A stretch of DNA of 29,041 bases from a virus. The DNA lies in the IMG/VR virus record IMGVR_UViG_3300045988_100074, positions 1 through 29,041 of that record; one strand, 5' to 3'. Positions within the stretch are counted from its first letter, which is position 1, and the number at the start of each line of letters is the position of its first letter. Below are positions 26,268-29,041 of this stretch, piece by piece. The notes beneath the pieces were generated by a model that made no database searches, had not been told where the DNA came from, and saw only the letters and a list, made by a program, of their open reading frames with translations. The translations under genes and the position numbers were made by a program.

Positions 26268-28940
26268 TTAGAATGAAGCATTAGATTCAGTAACTGCTAC
26301 CTTAGTTTGAGCTGAAGTAATATCAGATTCAACAACATAACACTTAACAGGTTCATTTAAAAGGTCAGTTTCTTTATCTCCAAGTAAGTTTCGAGTATAT
26401 TCTACAGGAGCAGTATTTAAAGCAGCAGGTGCTGCAATAGATGCAGAAGCAGAAGATGCAGATGCTCCACTAGTTTCGTCTACTTCCCAGATCTTTTTAA
26501 CATTAGCTATACCAGCTGCAATTGCTGCAGCAGCGGCGGCAGCACCTAAAGCTGGACCTACAACTGGAATACCAGCCATTGCAGAATAAGCACTGTTAGC
26601 TGCACTATATGTATCAATTAAAGCTTGAGCTGTTGCGAATCCTTTACCTACTTTACTTTCCTCTCCTCATATAGTTGCCATACTTCCTGCAACCTTTGAT
26701 GCTAGATCAAGGCGAGCTTTTATAGATTCTTGATATTGCTTATTAACATTTTCTCTAACTTTGTTTTTCTTATTTTCTCTGTCTATTTCATTTTCAGTTA
26801 ATTGCTCATCAATAGAATCTAATTCTAGTTTAATAAGTTTTCTCTGATCAGCTGTTAAAGTCTCATTTTCTAATTGTTTTAATAGAAAAGACTTCTGCTC
26901 CTCCAATCTTGTTTTTATTTGATTATGATATTTATCTATAGAACCTTCTTCAGTATCTGTTCCTAATAAACGATCTTTATATCCCTCTATGTCTTTTTTG
27001 CTTGAATAAGAGAACTCACCACTTAATCCAAATATTTTGGCAAATCCTTGTGTATATTGAGTTTTAGGAATTTCTAAAGATGTATCTTTTATATCATACC
27101 TTGCCTCGCGCATTCTTTTTAACTCAGTCTGCAGATCATCTCAAGCTTTATCCGCAGCACTTTTTCTTGCATTTTCTTCATCTTCTCTAGCTTTATCTCT
27201 AATTTTCTTCAGCTCTTCTTGATGCCAAGCCTCAACTTCTTCAATACTTCTATTATTTTTAATAGCTAGTGCTAATAGTCTAATATATTCATCTTCAAGT
27301 TCATCTACTGGGTCTTTATCCTCTAATCTCTTTTGAAGCCATTCATCAAATTCATTTATTACCTTCTTAGCTTCAGTAGTGTTCTTTGTAATAGTTGGAA
27401 TATTAAAGAACCCACCATACTTTTTATTAGTATCTGCTACATCCTCAAATAGCTTTTTAATCCTTTTCTCAATGTCTTTATTTAAATCATCCAACTGTTT
27501 ATAAGTATTCTCTTTATTTTGCTTTGTATACTCATAAATTGTATTTGAATAATCTTTTCAGAACATTGCTGTAGCTTTAAAAGCCTGCCAAGCAGATGCC
27601 TCTCCAAAGCTTGTATCAGAAATTTGATTCTCCAGTTCAGTACGTTTATTTAAATACTCCTCATAAAGCTTAATTGCAGCCTGTTCAATAGCCTGAGCTT
27701 TTGCTCTTGCAGTTAATGCTTCTACATAATTACCAGTATTATTTACAAACGCATCTTCTGCAGTCTTTACATTAGTAATATTTAAACCAGTCTCTTTAAT
27801 CTTATCGGAATATTGCTCTATAAACTTACGCTTAGCATCTGCAGAATCTCCAACCCTTTCGTAAGCTATTTGTAACTCTCTAAAGATAGCTATAGATTTA
27901 GAAGCAATCTGATTAGTAGTATCTGTAATAGACTTTCTAAATTCAGCAGCCTCCTTTTCAGCTGATTTTATTGAGGATATATACTCTATTATCTTATTAA
28001 TAGCTACTCCAATAGCTGTAGCTAATGCAATTCATACAGTTACATTACCAATAGTTTTAAGTGCAGTTTTAACTTTACCTACTCCAGAAGCTAATTCTGC
28101 AGCACCTTTAGCAGCTGCATTAGATGCTTCAGCTTGTTTATTAAGAACTGCAGCTATCCCAGGAGAATTTCTTTTTAGTCTTTCTAATTGTTCATTGGTT
28201 ACAGCTATACTATTACGAGCTTCTTTAGTACTATCATTTAATTTACCTATAATCGGAATCGTATTAGATACACTCTTATTAGTAGCAGATATTTCAGCAG
28301 GAGTGCCCATTACTCCTTGAATCATACCTCCTTTAAAATTAATATTGGTGCCTTCTAAATCCTTGACTACTTTAGAGATATTACCTAATTCAGTTCCAAC
28401 ATTACCAACAGATGTGCCAATGCCATTAAGCTTAGATGCATCAATCTGATTAAGATTTTTGGCAGCATTATTCAACCCTGTATTAAATGGAGAGATAAAA
28501 TCAGTTAATTTCTTAAACCAATTACCTAAAGTAGGCAATTCTTCAAGTAAATCTTTTATACCTCCAATACCTTGTACTAATGCAATAGATGACTGTAACT
28601 TAACCATTACTTTAGTTAAATCTTCAGATTCTTTCCCAAATAAAGTAATGGCAGCTGTTGCAGCACCATATCCACTAGCTAAGCCAGTGGATATTTTAGC
28701 TACACTTTCAAATCTTTGAGCAGTAGTTCTCGAAGATCTTGCTATCTGCTCATTAATCTTATTGAATTCTGATTGTCTCTTACCAAGTAATGCAAGAGTT
28801 TCATTATATTCCTTAGTACCAATCTCTAAATCATTCAGAGAACTAGATAATGCGTCAATATCTTTCTTTAAAGAGTTTATTGACTTATTACTTGACTTAG
28901 TATCAATACTAATAACCTTTTTAATTTCTGTTTGTGCCAT
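26268..28940 (-). CDS. Tape-measure-like protein (or internal/ejection protein), 890 aa
   Basis: Four track ORFs (28032..28940, 27141..27494, 26667..27113, 26268..26579) are all in one frame. The gaps were checked open, with TGA at 28032, 27558, 27141 and 26667. Long helical/coiled-coil sequence plus a Gly/Ala-rich hydrophobic segment GIPVVGPALGAAAAAAAIAAGIANV. Confidence 0.6.
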
Positions 28941-29041
28941 TAGATTGTAATATTTTTAACAGTATCTTCTGTTAGTGTTAAATTCTCTGTATATTTAACT
29001 GTTCCTGTAGGTCCATCAGTCACTTCAAATTTAAACTGAAC
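28940..29041 (-). CDS. 3' end of an upstream gene (partial)
   Basis: Open frame from the window edge, ending ...TEDTVKNITI with TAA 28940-28942. The stop overlaps the next ATG by 1 nt. Confidence 0.5.
   Translation of the reverse strand, partial: VQFKFEVTDGPTGTVKYTENLTLTEDTVKNITI

Noticed and set aside
1-29041. TGA decoded as Gly (code 25) instead of Trp
   Set aside because: Where a paralog or a well-known motif is available, TGA aligns with TGG-encoded Trp (KYGWDNF, PWNKG, KNW-IL, W-V-H of M15, GFIWEY-type C-termini) and never with Gly.
1-29041. Native code-4 host (Mollicutes-type) as the explanation for the TGA codons
   Set aside because: TGG remains the majority Trp codon, and several long genes use it exclusively. 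The only clear promoters match the Bacteroidota -33/-7 consensus. Not excluded, but less parsimonious; host prediction on the full contig is needed.
1-29041. CRISPR array, tRNA/rRNA genes, integrase/att sites, or a DGR (reverse transcriptase plus template/variable repeats)
   Set aside because: Intergenic space is small (2478-2741, 7526-7930, 10089-10124, 15143-15295, 22144-22226, 26156-26267) and none of it shows cloverleaf-like or spacer-repeat structure. No RT or integrase motifs were seen. The repeated fibre segments differ at all base types.

Overview
This window is a tightly packed, AT-rich segment of a tailed dsDNA phage or prophage genome. Most genes are on the minus strand, plus one plus-strand operon at 7931-10088. 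The main result is that the supplied standard-code ORF track is fragmented because the element reads TGA as a sense codon, almost certainly Trp (code-4-like). I checked in-frame triplets by hand. Adjacent track ORFs fuse through 32 in-frame TGAs into 19 longer genes, and every gene ends in TAA or TAG, never TGA. With that reading the window contains the following, in coordinate order. (1) A >660-aa structural protein and an HK97 gp10-like protein. (2) A leftward operon from a divergent control region at 7526-7930: small proteins, a PD-(D/E)xK-like nuclease, an HNH endonuclease, a two-ORF ECF-like sigma factor, a membrane protein, TerS, TerL, and a gene with a candidate -1 frameshift. (3) A rightward SF2 helicase operon. 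(4) A lysis cassette: TM protein, small holin-like protein, M15 peptidase. (5) A portal-like gene. (6) Three paralogous LRR-type putative receptor-binding proteins with fibres and small paralogous partners. (7) A tail-tube-like protein, major capsid protein, scaffold and XkdF-like protease. (8) An 890-aa tape-measure-like protein. Five free-standing homing endonuclease genes (four GIY-YIG, one HNH) are wedged between core genes. Four copies of a 50-bp inverted-repeat element sit in intergenic gaps. Canonical Bacteroidota-type -33/-7 promoters and the absence of Shine-Dalgarno sequences suggest a Bacteroidota host (inference). No tRNA, rRNA, CRISPR array or reverse transcriptase was seen. All functional calls rest on motif recognition by eye; no database search was possible.
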